Assembly (NCBI RefSeq): GCF_004010195.1
Contig: NC_057719.1
Coordinates: forward strand, 2,097,267-2,161,266
Source of the DNA: Chiloscyllium plagiosum
Lineage: Eukaryota
Reading direction: 5' to 3'
Length of the DNA stretch: 64,000 nucleotides
Shown: piece after piece, positions 49,275 to 60,379 of the stretch
How the letters are laid out: each line of letters begins with the position of its first letter
How positions within the stretch are numbered: position 1 is the stretch's first letter
The notes under the pieces: model-generated
Seen by the model: the letters and a program-made list of their open reading frames with translations, nothing else
What the model was told of the DNA's origin: nothing
Databases searched by the model: none
Program-made: the position numbers and the translations under genes

Positions 49275-49470
49275 TTTGTCCAAAGTCACATGACACCAGG
49301 TTATAGTCCAACAGGTTTGTTTGAAATCACAAGCTTTCGGAGTGTTCCTGACCGAGGAGCAGCATTCCAAAAGCTTGTGATTTCAAATAAACCTGTTGGA
49401 CTGTAACCTGGTGACGTGTGACTTTTGAGCTTGTCCATCACAGTCCAACACCAGCACCTCCACATCATGA
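49275..49470. mobile_element. Penelope-derived family C palindrome
   Basis: caccaggttatagtccaacaggttt...aagctttcggag / ccaaaagcttgtgatttc...ggactgtaacctggtg. Confidence 0.85.
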
Positions 49471-49559
49471 CCTTGTTAAGATCTTAGTGCTACATCCAGT
49501 GACAGGAAGGCTCAGAGTTGACCACAACACTGCTCAACATAGACACATATGGTCTGTTA

Positions 49560-50680
49560 ACACCCAAACCCCACAAGTTGAGCTATTTGACATGGGGAGT
49601 GAGGAGGTATTGGTGGTTTCGGTGGGCTTAAAATTGGACAACCAAGTGGGTGAGTTGCATCCCAGGCTGCTGTGGGAAACAAGGGAGCAAATTACAGGGA
49701 CTCTGATCCAATTTTTAATTCCTGTCTGGCCACAAGAGGCGATATCAAAGGACTGGATAACCGCTAACCTGGTTCCCCTTTTCAAGAAGGAAGCTTGAGT
49801 TAAACCAGGGAATTACAGACAAATGAGTCTCACATCAGTGGTAGGGAAACTATTCGAGAAAACTCTGAAGCAGAGAATTAATCTCTGCTTAATTAGGGAT
49901 GATTAGTACGGCTTTGTCTGAGGGAGGCGAAAATGGGTACTGCAGATGCTGGAGATCAGAGTCAAGGTTAGAGTGGTGCTGGAAAAGCACAGCAGGTCAG
50001 GCAGCATCCGAGGAGCAGGAAAATCAACGTTTCGGGCAAAAGCCCTTCATCAGGTTTCCAGCAACACTCTAATCTTGACTTTGTCTGAGGGAGGCCATGC
50101 CTAATGAATTTGCTTGAATTTTTTGAGTGGGGAGGTGTGCTGGTGGTGATGATCCGGTGTGTAATTGAAGAAAGTGCGTTGATGTTTATATGGATTTCAG
50201 CAAAGCCTTTGTCAAGGTCCAACATAGAGATTGATAGAGAAGGTAAAAGCTGCTGGAATCCAGTGTAACCTTGCATACATAAACAATATAGAAGGTGTGG
50301 TGGGGATGGTAATACACATTGCGGATGACATTGAGAGTGGCCAGGTGGTTGATGGCGAGGCGGAAGGTGTTAGGTTACATGGGGGTATAGATGGATTGGT
50401 CAGATGGAATTTAATCCTGATAAATGTGAAGTGACAAGGAAGTACCCAATGAATAGCAGGATGCTAGGAAACTCTGAGGGATTTTAGGGAGCTTGTCCAC
50501 CAATCCCTGAAGGTGGCAGGACAGGCTAACCCTTTTTTCAAAAGAAAAATGAGCATCTGAAATGTCATAACATTTGTGGGTATGGCCCAAGTGCTGGAAA
50601 GTAGGACTAGTGTAGATTCAGCAATTTTGTTGGTGTCGACTCGATGGGCTGAAGGGCCTTTTCTATACTCTTCTGATTCT
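49560..50680 (+). mobile_element. Degenerate, internally deleted CR1
   Basis: DWITANLVPLFKK and ccagggaattacagac remnants; tail tcgatgggctgaagggcc. Confidence 0.8.
49929..50078 (-). mobile_element. Family A Penelope-derived element with a short inverted terminal copy, nested in CR1
   Basis: Perfect 17-bp TSD ctttgtctgagggaggc at 49912-49928 and 50079-50095. Confidence 0.92.
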
Positions 50681-51034
50681 AAATTCAGTTATAATGATGA
50701 CGTGTGTATGCTCCCTAAGCTCGTTACTGTACTGGGGCCAGTCCGTTAACCAAGAGGTTATAAAGTGTACTCACTACTGCAGCACAGGGTGTTCAGATAT
50801 AATTCCTCTCGAACTGTGTATAGGATATTCCGTCTCCACAATGCCAGTGCCAAAACCTGGCCAGAGACTAAAGCATGAGCTTTTCATTCAACACACCTGG
50901 GAGCAACTCTTGACATTCAGGAAGAAAACAGCAGAAACAGGTGAACATCGGAGAAGGGAGGAAACCTCCCAACCAAATTTGCTGGAACCACATGAGGCAT
51001 TGCTGCCCCAACACTCTGGACCTCTCTCTCTCCA

Positions 51035-51125
51035 AAACAGAAATATCATAGAGAAACTGAGTAGGGCTGGTAGCATCTGTGAAGAGGAAGCAGAGTTAAT
51101 GTTTCTGCTCCAGTGACCCTTCAGC
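51035..51125 (-). mobile_element. Degenerate family B Penelope-derived element
   Basis: gagaaactgagtagggctggtagcatctgtgaagag...gttaatgtttc...gacccttcagcag. Confidence 0.6.
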
Positions 51126-51384
51126 AGAGCCTCTCTGGAGCTCACACTTGCTGTATTACACAATACAACATGGCACAATGCTCCTGTGTGGGGTGGGACA
51201 TCTCTTTGATGTATCTTGTTCCGACACTCAGTGGAATACACCAATGTCCACCATGACTGGAACCATCTTCTCAACAGCTCTCCACTGGCTTCCTGACCCA
51301 GCAAGTAACACCCATCCCACACATCCTTGCTAATTGGGACTGGGAGGTGTACAGAATTCTGCATAGATGCTGAGAAGTTGTTTC

Positions 51385-51876
51385 ATAGAACATAGAAGAA
51401 TACAGCGCAGTATCGATGTTGCGCCGATCCAAGCCCACCTAACCTACACTAGCCCACTATCCTCCATATGCCTATACAATGCCCGTTAAATGCCCATAAA
51501 GAGGGAGAGTCCACCACTGCTACTGGCATGGCATTCCATGAACTCACGACTCGCTGAGTAAAGAACCTACCCCTAACATCTGTCCTATACCTACCCCCCC
51601 TTAATTTAAAGCTATGCCCCCTCGTAATAGCTGAGTCCATACGAGGAAAAGGTTCTCACAGTCAACCCTATCTAAACCCCTAATCATCTTGTACACCTCT
51701 ATCAAGTCACCCCTAAACCTTCTTTTCTCCAATGAAAACAACCCCAAGTGCCTCAGCCTTTCCTCATACGATCTTCCTACCATACCAGGCAACATCCTGG
51801 TAAACCTCCTCTGCACCCGTTCCAGTGCCTCCACATCCTTCCTATAGTATGGCGACCAAAACTGCACACAAAACTC
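51385..51876 (-). mobile_element. Young CR1 3' fragment
   Basis: EFCVQFWSPYYRKDVEALERVQRRFTRMLPG...; (atagaac)n tail. Confidence 0.93.
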
Positions 51877-51877
51877 C

Positions 51878-52205
51878 AGTTTCCTCTTGTGAGAAAGTCT
51901 AAGACGAGAGGATATCATCTCAGAGTAAGGGATCACCTGATTAAGACAGATAATGTTGAATTTCTTCTCTCTGAGGGGAGTAAATCTGTGGAATTCTTTT
52001 CCACAGAAGGCTGTAACGGCTGGGTTGTTAAGGATGATCAAGGTTGAGATGAACAAATTTTTAATCGGGAAGGAAATCTAGGTTTATGGGGAAAAAGGCA
52101 GGAAAGTGGAATTGAGGGTTAGCAGATCAGCCATGTTCTCATTGGATGACAGAGCAGGCTTGATGGGCTGAATGGCCTACTGCTGCTCCTACCTGTTATG
52201 GTCTT
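51878..52205 (+). mobile_element. Older CR1 3' end
   Basis: ctgtggaattctttt...ttgatgggctgaatggcctactg. Confidence 0.8.
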
Positions 52206-52207
52206 GT

Positions 52208-52625
52208 GATTTGGTTTGATTTGATTTATCGTAGTGACATTTACCCAAGTACAGTGAAAAGCTTTGTTCTGCGAGCAGTACAGGCCAATCATAGCAAGCA
52301 AGGACATATTGATCATAGGGTACTTAGAGTGAGTCATACAGGTTACAACTGCACAGGATTAACAAGATCAACATTATTTGAAATTAGAGAGGTACATTCA
52401 GCAGTCTAATAACATCAGGGAAGAAGCTGTTCCTGGAACTGTTGGTTTGTGTGTTTAAGCTTTTGTATCTCCTGCCTGTCTGAGGAGGTTGTGGTAGTGT
52501 AATACTGGGGTGGGGTTTGATGATGTTTGTAGCGTTTCCAAGGCAACGAGAAGTCTAAATGGAGTCCGTGGATGGGAGGCTGGGATCTGCGATTGTCTGG
52601 GCTGTGCACACCACCTTCTGTAGGT
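52208..52625 (-). mobile_element. Rex1/Babar-like LINE 3' fragment
   Basis: Homologous to 27500-28285 (gggaagaagctgttc...tgtgtgtttaagcttttgtatctcctgcctg). Confidence 0.78.
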
Positions 52626-54496
52626 GGGTGAAACCCATGCTGCATTTCATTTGGCTGCTCCTTGATGATCTGTTCAACCACCGACTGCCCACCTTTCATT
52701 TCGAGACCCTGTTTTGGAGCAATATTCCTGGGCACAATCTTTTTGGATCAAGGACTGGGAAACACAAAGTCACTGACAACTTCTTTGTGACAGACTCTCT
52801 ATGTCAAATGGGAGGCTTTGAGCTGTTATAGTGAGAGTGGGCCTTGCTGAATGGATTGAGGACAAGCCAGGACCCCTGTGCAGTGGCTCAGTCACATGGG
52901 TCTCTGTATAAGACCACCCGTGTACTTGTGTAGAGACACAGTGTTACACTGAGGTCTCACCCCTCCATAGACCCGAATGATGGACGAATCACTTTAAGGT
53001 CAATAAACGGGAAGGCTGTGTTGCCACCTACTTGAGAAAGTGTGCTGATTCTTGAGCTCCATGACTCCTGAGGTCTCTACAAAAGTTAATGATTCAATCA
53101 AAGTACACAGAGATCCCAATTTACCTAGTTCTTGGAATCAGGTTAACAGAAAACACTGACCAGATTCCCGAACTTGATATGAACAACAGTTCATTACAAG
53201 TAAATAAAACCTACCTGTAGGTAAACATAGAACAGTACAGCACAGTACAGGCCCTTCGGCCCTTGATGTTGTGCCGGCCTTTTATCCTACTGTAAGATCA
53301 GCCTAACCTACACACCCTTGATTGTACTAACTTCCACGTGCCGATCCAGAAGTCACTTAAATGTCCCTAATGTCTCTGACTCTACTACAGCTGCTGGCAG
53401 TGCATTCCACACACACACACCACTCTCTGTGTAAAGAACCTCCCTCTGACATCTCCCCAAAACCTTCCTCCAATCACCTTAAAATTATGCCGTCTCATGA
53501 TAGACATTTCTGCCCTGGGAAAAAGTCTCTGACTAGCCACTCTATGCTTCTCATCATCTTGTACACCTCTATCAAGTCACCTCTTATCCTCCTTCTCTCC
53601 AATGAAAAAAAGCCATAGCTCCTCAGCCTTTCTTCATAAGAGATGTCCTCCAGTCCAGGCAGCATCCTGGTAAATCTCCTCTGCACCCTCTCTAAAGCTC
53701 CCACATCCTTCCTATAATGAGGCGACCAGAACTGAACACAATATTCCAAGTGTGGTCTAACCAGGGTTTTATAGAGCTGCAGCATAACCTCGCGGTTCTT
53801 AAACTCAATCCCCCTGCTAATGAAAGCCAACATACCACATGTCTTCTTAACAACCCTGTCAACTTGGGTGGCTACTTTGAGGAATCCATGGACATGGACC
53901 CCAAAATCCCTCTTCCTCTTCACTGCCAAGAATCCTGGCTTTAACCCTGGGTAATCTGCATTCAAATTTGACCTTCCAAAGTGAATGGCATCACACTTTT
54001 CCAGCTTCAACTCCATCTGCCACTTACTGGCCCAACTCTGCATCCTGTCAATGTCCCATTGCAACCTACAACAGCCCTCCCACACTATCCACCACTCCAC
54101 CAACCTTCATGTCATCAGCAAACTTATTAACCCACCCGTCCTCTTCCTCATCCCAGTCATTTATAAAAATCATGAAGAGCAGAGGTCCCAGAACCAATCC
54201 CTATGGAACACCACTGGTCACCGAGCTCCAGGCTGAATACTTTCCATCTACCACCACCGTCTGCCTTCTATTGGCCAGCCAATTCTGTATCCAGACAGGT
54301 AGGTTCCCCTGTATCCCATGCCTCCTTATACTTTTGAATGAACCTACCATGGGGAACCTTACCAAAGGCCTTGCTAAAATCCATGTACGCAACATCCACT
54401 GCTCTACCTTCATCAATATGTTTTATCACATCCTCAAAGAATTCAGTAAGGTTTGTGAGGCATGACCTGTCCCTCTCAAAGCCATGCTGACTATCT

Positions 54497-54765
54497 ATAG
54501 AACATAGAACATAGAAGAATACAGCACAGTACAGGCCCTTCGGCCCTCGATGTTGCGCCGATCCAAGCCCACCTAACCTACACTAGCCCACTATCCTCCA
54601 TATGCCTATCCAAAGCCCGCTTAAATGCCCATAATGAGGGAGAGTCCAACACTGCCTATACCTATCCCCCTTAATTTAAAGCTATGCCCCCTTGTAATAG
54701 CTGACTCCATACGTGGAAAAAGATTCTCACTGTCGACCCTATCTAAACCCCTAATCATCTTGTAA
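54497..54765 (-). mobile_element. Young CR1 3' tail nested in the long CR1
   Basis: Interrupts host ccatgctgactatct|taatcaaact; near-identical to the 39792 and 51385 copies. Confidence 0.9.
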
Positions 54766-55042
54766 TCAAACTATGACTTTCCAGGTAATCAAAAATCCTG
54801 TCTCTCAGAATCCTCTCCAATACTTTACCCACCACCGATGTAAGACTGACTGGTCTGTATTTCCCAGGGTTATCCCTATTCCCTTTCTTGAACAAGGGAA
54901 TAACATTTGCCACCCTCCAATCATCTGGTAATACTCCAGTGGACAGTGAGGACACAGAGATCATCGCCAAAGGCACAGCAATCTCTTCCCTCATTTCCTG
55001 TAGTAACCTTGGGTACAGCCCCTCTGGTCCAGGGGCTTCCCC

Positions 55043-55076
55043 TTCCTGAAGAAGGGCCTGTGCCCGAAACGTCGAA
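55043..55076 (+). ncRNA. Minimal type I hammerhead ribozyme motif (best-preserved family A copy; element spans ~55040-55124)
   Basis: ttc-CTGAAGA-a-gggc(ctgt)gccc-GAAA-c-GTC-gaa: stem I ttc/gaa, intact core boxes, 4-bp stem II, palindromic ACGU stem III, GUC cleavage triplet. Confidence 0.72.
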
Positions 55077-56044
55077 TCTCCTGTTCCCTGGATGCTGCCT
55101 GACCTGCTGTGCTGTTCCAGCAATCTCTTGTTCCTCACATAAGTGTAGAATGCCTTAGAGTTTTCCTTAATCCTACCCGCTAAAGCTTTTTCCTGCCCCC
55201 TTCTCACTCTCCTCAGTCCATTCATCAGTTCCTTCCTGGCCACCTTGTAACCCACTAGACCCCTGTCTGATCCTTGCCTCCTCAACCTTAAGTAAGCTTC
55301 CTTCTTCCCCTTGATTAGATTTTCCACATCCCTTGTCACTCAAGGTTCCTTCATCTTGCCTCAGTGGGACAAACCTGTTCCAGCACAGTCAGCAAGTGCT
55401 TCCTCAACAACTTCCACATTTCTGTTGTGCATTTCCCTGAGAATATCTGTTCCCAATTTAGACGCCCCAGTTCCTGCCGAATAGCATTATACTTCCTCCT
55501 CCCCCAATTGAGTACAGTCTGCTCCTATCCCTCTCCATGAGTGTAGTAAAAGTCAGGGAGTTGTGATCACTATCACCAAAATGCTCTCCCACTGAGAGAT
55601 CTGACTGCTGCCATGGTTCATTGCCAAGCACCAAATCCAATATGGCCTCCCCTGTAGCTGGCCTATCTACATATTGAGTCAGGGACCCTTCCTGGACACA
55701 CCTGATAAAAACTGCTAAATCCAAACTATATGAACTAAGTAGGTTCCAATCAATATTAGGGAAGTTAAAGTCACCCATAACAACAACCCTGTTACTTCTG
55801 CACCTTTCCAAAATCTGCTCCTCTGTGCCTCTGTTGCTATTGCAGGGCCTGTATAAAACTCCCAATAAAGTGACTGCTCCTTTCCTGTTTCTGACTTCCA
55901 CCCATACTGACTCTGTCGACAAACCCTCCTCGATACACTCCCTTTCTGCAGCTGTGATACTATCCCTGGTTAGCAATGCCACTCCCCCACCTCTCTTACC
56001 TCCTTCCCAATTCCTTTTCAAACATCTAAACCCTGGAAATCTGG

Positions 56045-56697
56045 GGAAAAAAAAATACAGGATATAGATAAATGTGAGATTCAAGGGCAAATCAGGACGG
56101 GATTTACACACTTAATGGTTAGGTGCTGGGGAGTGTTGCTGAACCTTAGAATGCGGGTTCGTAGTTCCTTGAAAGTGGAGTCACAGGTAGGTCGGATAGT
56201 GAAGGAGACGTTTGGTGTGCTTTCCTTTATTGGTCAGGGTATTGATTATAGGAGTTGGGAGGTCATGTTGTGCTGTAAAGGGCATTGGTTAGACCATTTT
56301 TAGAATACTGCATTCAGTTCTAGCCTCCCTGCAATTGGAAGGATGTAGTGAAACTTGACAGGGTTCAGAAAAGGTTTACACAGATGTTGCCAGGGTTGGA
56401 GGGTTTGAGCTATAGGGAGAGGCTGGATCGGGTGAGGCTGTTTTCTCTGGAGCGTCGGAGGCTGAGGGATAACTTTGTAACGGTTTATTAAACCATGAGG
56501 GGCATGGATACGGAACAACGTTTTCACACACAGGGTGGTGCGTGTATGGAATGAATTGCCAGAGGACATGGTGCAATTACAACATTTAAAACAGGTCTGG
56601 ATGGGTATATGAATAGGAAGGGTGGGACTAGATTGGGTTGGGATATCTGGTCGGCATGGACGGGTTGGGTCTGTTTCCATGCTGTATATCTCTATGG
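56045..56697 (+). mobile_element. Internally deleted CR1 3' region
   Basis: agggttcagaaaaggtttac...tggaatgaattgccagagg...ctgtttccatgctgta. Confidence 0.85.
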
Positions 56698-56726
56698 AAA
56701 TGCTGAACCAGTTCTGATGAGAGGTC

Positions 56727-56953
56727 AGAGTCGAAAAGTATGGTGCTGGAATAGCACAGCTGGTCAGGCAGCATCCAAGGAGCAGGAGAGTCAATGTTTC
56801 AAGCATAAGCCCTTCATCAGGAATGCTCTTCATTAATTCCTGATGAAGATACTCAACTCTCCTGCTCGTTGGATGCTGCCTGACTGCCTGTGCTTTTCCA
56901 GCACCACACCTTTTGACTGATTTTCAGCATCTGCAGTCCTCACCTTCTCCTCC
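56727..56953. mobile_element. Penelope-derived family A palindrome
   Basis: ...cttcatcaggaatgctcttcattaattcctgatgaag...; TSD ctgatgag[a/c]ggtca at 56714-56726 and 56954-56966. Confidence 0.88.
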
Positions 56954-57284
56954 CTGATGAGCGGTCACTCTATCTAAAACACTCCTCCTGTTTTTCTCAG
57001 TAGATGTTGCCTGACCTCAGTTGTTTTTTCCAGCACTGTCTTCGTACTCCTTGAAACCTTCCACTTTGCTGTCACATGGGCCAACATGGTCACTTTCCTG
57101 TCTTGATTTTTCTCACAGCTCCCTATGAATTGCCTCAGTTCTCTACTCTGTTAAAACAGAGGGTCAGATAGCTCAGTTGGCAAGAAAGCTGGTTTGTGTT
57201 AACAGCTGTGGTCACCTTGAAGGGTTCTTCTTCTCCCCTTCAGGTTCAACCCCCCACCACCAGAATCCTCCCTCTTCCTGTGCC

Positions 57285-57339
57285 TTTCTCTGTCTCTGTC
57301 TCTCTCCCTCCTTCTGTGTCTCTTTCTCCCTCCCTCTCT

Positions 57340-57371
<32 letters not shown>
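57285..57371. repeat. (TC)n-rich microsatellite
   Basis: Direct reading of the sequence. Confidence 0.9.
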
Positions 57372-57374
<3 letters not shown>

Positions 57375-58069
57375 AGAGCAGCCTCTATTTTGTTAAAAGC
57401 TCTATGTTATTGTAAGCTGCAATTAATCAAATCTGAACTAACCTTTGAAGCATTCCTGAACCAGGTAGCTCAATGTATCATCTGCTTTACCTGGGTATAC
57501 ACGTGTACACACATATATACACACGCACGCACGCACACACTACACACTACACTCTCTCTCTCAGACAGACACACCTGTTGTCCACCTTGTACCATGCTTT
57601 CTCTTGGATACCTGCTTCAGCTTGACACCGTGATTACGCGCCCACCAAGCTAACAACACAATCAGAGCTTTCTGGGAGCCTTCAAGGTCGAGTAGCTTGC
57701 TTATACTTGACAGTTTGTTTATCTGGAAGCGTGCATGTGGATGGAACGTGCTAGCAGATGAGGTAGCAAGCAGAACTGGCTAGAGGACGATCTTAAACAA
57801 TTCCTGAATGGTTATGGTTTCCACTTTAAGGTTGTGGTTTTAAAACCTTCTGCTAACTGGAAGACAAACAAGTATTTTCTTCCTGTTTTTTTTATCCTCT
57901 TCCCCTCCCCCCGCCTCAAATGAGTTGAGCATCCTTGCCGGTAACAGTGGCTCAAACAATTGTATCTCCGAGAGGCTGAAATTTGGCAGTTTCTGTCTCA
58001 CTCCATAGAGCTGAGGAAATATTCTGAGGGAGGGAGTTCTGCATTGAGATTGATGCTGCCATCTTTTTT

Positions 58070-58352
58070 TTTAGATTAGATTCTCTACAGTGTGGAAACA
58101 GGCCCTTCGGCCCAACAAGTCCACACAGCCCCTCCGAAGAGAAAGCCACCCGAACTCATTTCCCTACCCTATATTAACCCCTGACTAACGCACCTAACAC
58201 TGTGGGCAATTTAGCATGACCAATTCACCTGACCTGCACATTTCACGCAGACACAGGGAGAATGTGCAAACTTGACATAGACAGGCGGGAATTGAACCCA
58301 GGACCCTGGTGCTGTGAGGCAGCAGTGTTAACCGCTGGGCCACCGTGCCGCC
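58070..58352 (-). mobile_element. HE1-like V-SINE with internal deletion
   Basis: Reverse complement of HE1 head and tail. Confidence 0.9.
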
Positions 58353-58615
58353 CTTTTGGATGAGACAGTAATCCAAGGCACCACCTCCCCCTTGGCTGGA
58401 TGGAAAGATCCTGCTCTTTGGGAGAACAGGGGGGTATTCTAATGTCCTGACCAATATTTATCTCTCAGCCAGCAAAACACATGTTCTGATCCTTATCACG
58501 TTGTTCTCTGTGCATTTCTGACATGGTAACAGTAACCTCCAGTACATAATCGGCTGTGGAGAGCATGAGGACGTTCTGAGGTTGTGCAAGCTGCAGTAGA
58601 AATAAGTCTTTCTTT
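58353..58615 (+). mobile_element. Deu-domain-like SINE remnant
   Basis: ggatgagacag...aaagatcc...tgtcctgaccaatatttatctctcagcc...ctgaggttgtg...aagtctttcttt. Confidence 0.6.
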
Positions 58616-59626
58616 GTTGAACTCTGTACTTCAATGAGTTGGTTGTCAGGAGATCTAATCCTAAACCACGGTTGAATCTGAATTGTGTTTATTCAGGTTG
58701 GGGGTTTGCCTTTTAGCATGAACTCTAGGTGTGGTAAGTCAGTCTTACAGAACAGGAAGATGCAAGGTTTGATGTCTGCCTGGCTCGTGCGTGGTTATCT
58801 GATTTGTTGCCAGGGAGTGAGTGCTGCAATTAGTCTCAATATCTCCAGGCTGGGGAGTGGCAATAATCCGCCATTAATTCAGCTTCTGTTGACTATCCAG
58901 GAACAGGTAGTTGAAAGTGTGTGCGTGCGTGTGTGTGTGTTCATGCACGCGCCAAGCCAACAGCGAGATCAGAATATTCTGTCATGTCTCAAGGTGAAGC
59001 AGCTTGCTCACACTTGAAGAATGTTTACCTGGGGGCGTGCATGTCGTTCCAGCGTCAGTACAGGGGAAGGAGCTGTCAGTGATGCTTAGAGGAGTGTGTT
59101 AAACACACTTCCCAATCGGTGATGGTCTCTGGCATTTGGAGACAACAGTTTTGGTTACCTGCTGTCAACTATGAAGAAAAACAGTTGTTTCTTTTCCTTT
59201 AAAAAGAAATGTTGGGTCCTGGCCAGTAACCAAGGGAATAGAAAGGAGTTCAAACCCCAAATAAGTGACATTTTGTGCACCACACAAATAAAATTCACAG
59301 CTAGGGTGGAGCTGACAAGCCTGTTAATTGCACTTGTCAGGGCAAGACCTTAATAGTTCTCCTGTGACTTGGCAGAACTGTTTTTTTAATCGAATAAACA
59401 GCACGTTAGGTGGAGATTAAACTGCACATTTTCACAGAGGGTGGCATCCAAGTGGTTGAATCCAAAAATGTGTTCCCTGGGAGTCCTGAACTAATCAGGA
59501 TAAATGATACCCCATTTATACTGAAACTGCTAGAGAAACTGCCGTGATATACACATAGTGTTGAGGCAGATCTCATGCAGTCTCTCGCCACAGAACGAGG
59601 CCATTCAGTCCATTTTTTTCCCATTC

Positions 59627-59960
59627 ATTCATGGCATATGAGTGTCTCTGGCTAGGCCAGCATTTATTGCCCACCCTTGATTGCCGAGAGGGCAGTTGAG
59701 AGTCAACCACATTGCTGTGGGTCTGGAGTCACATGTGGGACAGACCAGGTAAGGATGGCAGATTCCCCCCCCCCCCCCCCCCCCGAAGGACCTTAGTGAC
59801 TCAGACGGGTTTTTCCTGACAATCAACTGATTGCTATCACTAGAGTCTTAATTCAGATTTTATTTCAATTAAAGTTAAATTCCACCGTCTGCCATGGTGG
59901 GATTTGAACGCGCACATTATCTGGGTTTCTGAATTAACAGTCCAGTGATAATACCATCAC
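59627..59960 (-). mobile_element. tRNA-derived SINE, second family, near full length
   Basis: Reverse-complement head tggtattatcactgg...gttcaaatcccaccatggc (A/B boxes); tail ggcaataaatgctggcctagcc. Confidence 0.8.
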
Positions 59961-60379
59961 ATATGAGAGAAATTCCAATAGCCCCAACACCCTAATCTTT
60001 CTTACCCTGCAGCCCTGCAACCAATTTTTTTTTCCAATACTTGTTTCATTTCATTTTGAAAATGCTCCCAAAAATAGCAAATGTTTGTATTTAAATTGCG
60101 CATTTAATGCACTGAAGTCCCAAGGTGCTTCACAGGAATGTTATCACACAGTGTGAGAGTGTCACGAGTTGATATTTTCACTTTCAAGCAACACATTCTA
60201 AATCATCATCACTCGACATACTGTGGGCCCCATTATGCAGTGACCAACTCAGTTGCAAGGTAAAAGAACAGAACTGTTTAAAACCATCTTGTGATGTTTC
60301 AGATAAAAAGAAAACCTGCATTTCTGTAGTTCCCTCTAAATTGTCCTGTTGTTAAAATGTTCAGTGAAGCACTTGGAAT

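Larger units (their letters stand above)
53225..56038 (-). mobile_element. Long CR1 LINE (~2.8 kb including inserts): endonuclease, RT and 3' tail
   Basis: GGGVALL...VVMGDFNFPNIDW...LDLVL...SDHN; GKYRPVSLTSVVGK; SAWSSVTSGVP; LYKTLVRPHLEYC. Confidence 0.95.

Noticed and set aside
51021..51116. Pyrimidine tract plus cag followed by NIIEKLSRAG, superficially like Jagged exon 4 (SIIEKASHSG)
   Set aside because: Wrong phase for joining the phase-1 exon (an in-frame TAG follows at once), no DSL cysteines, and the DNA matches family B Penelope termini.
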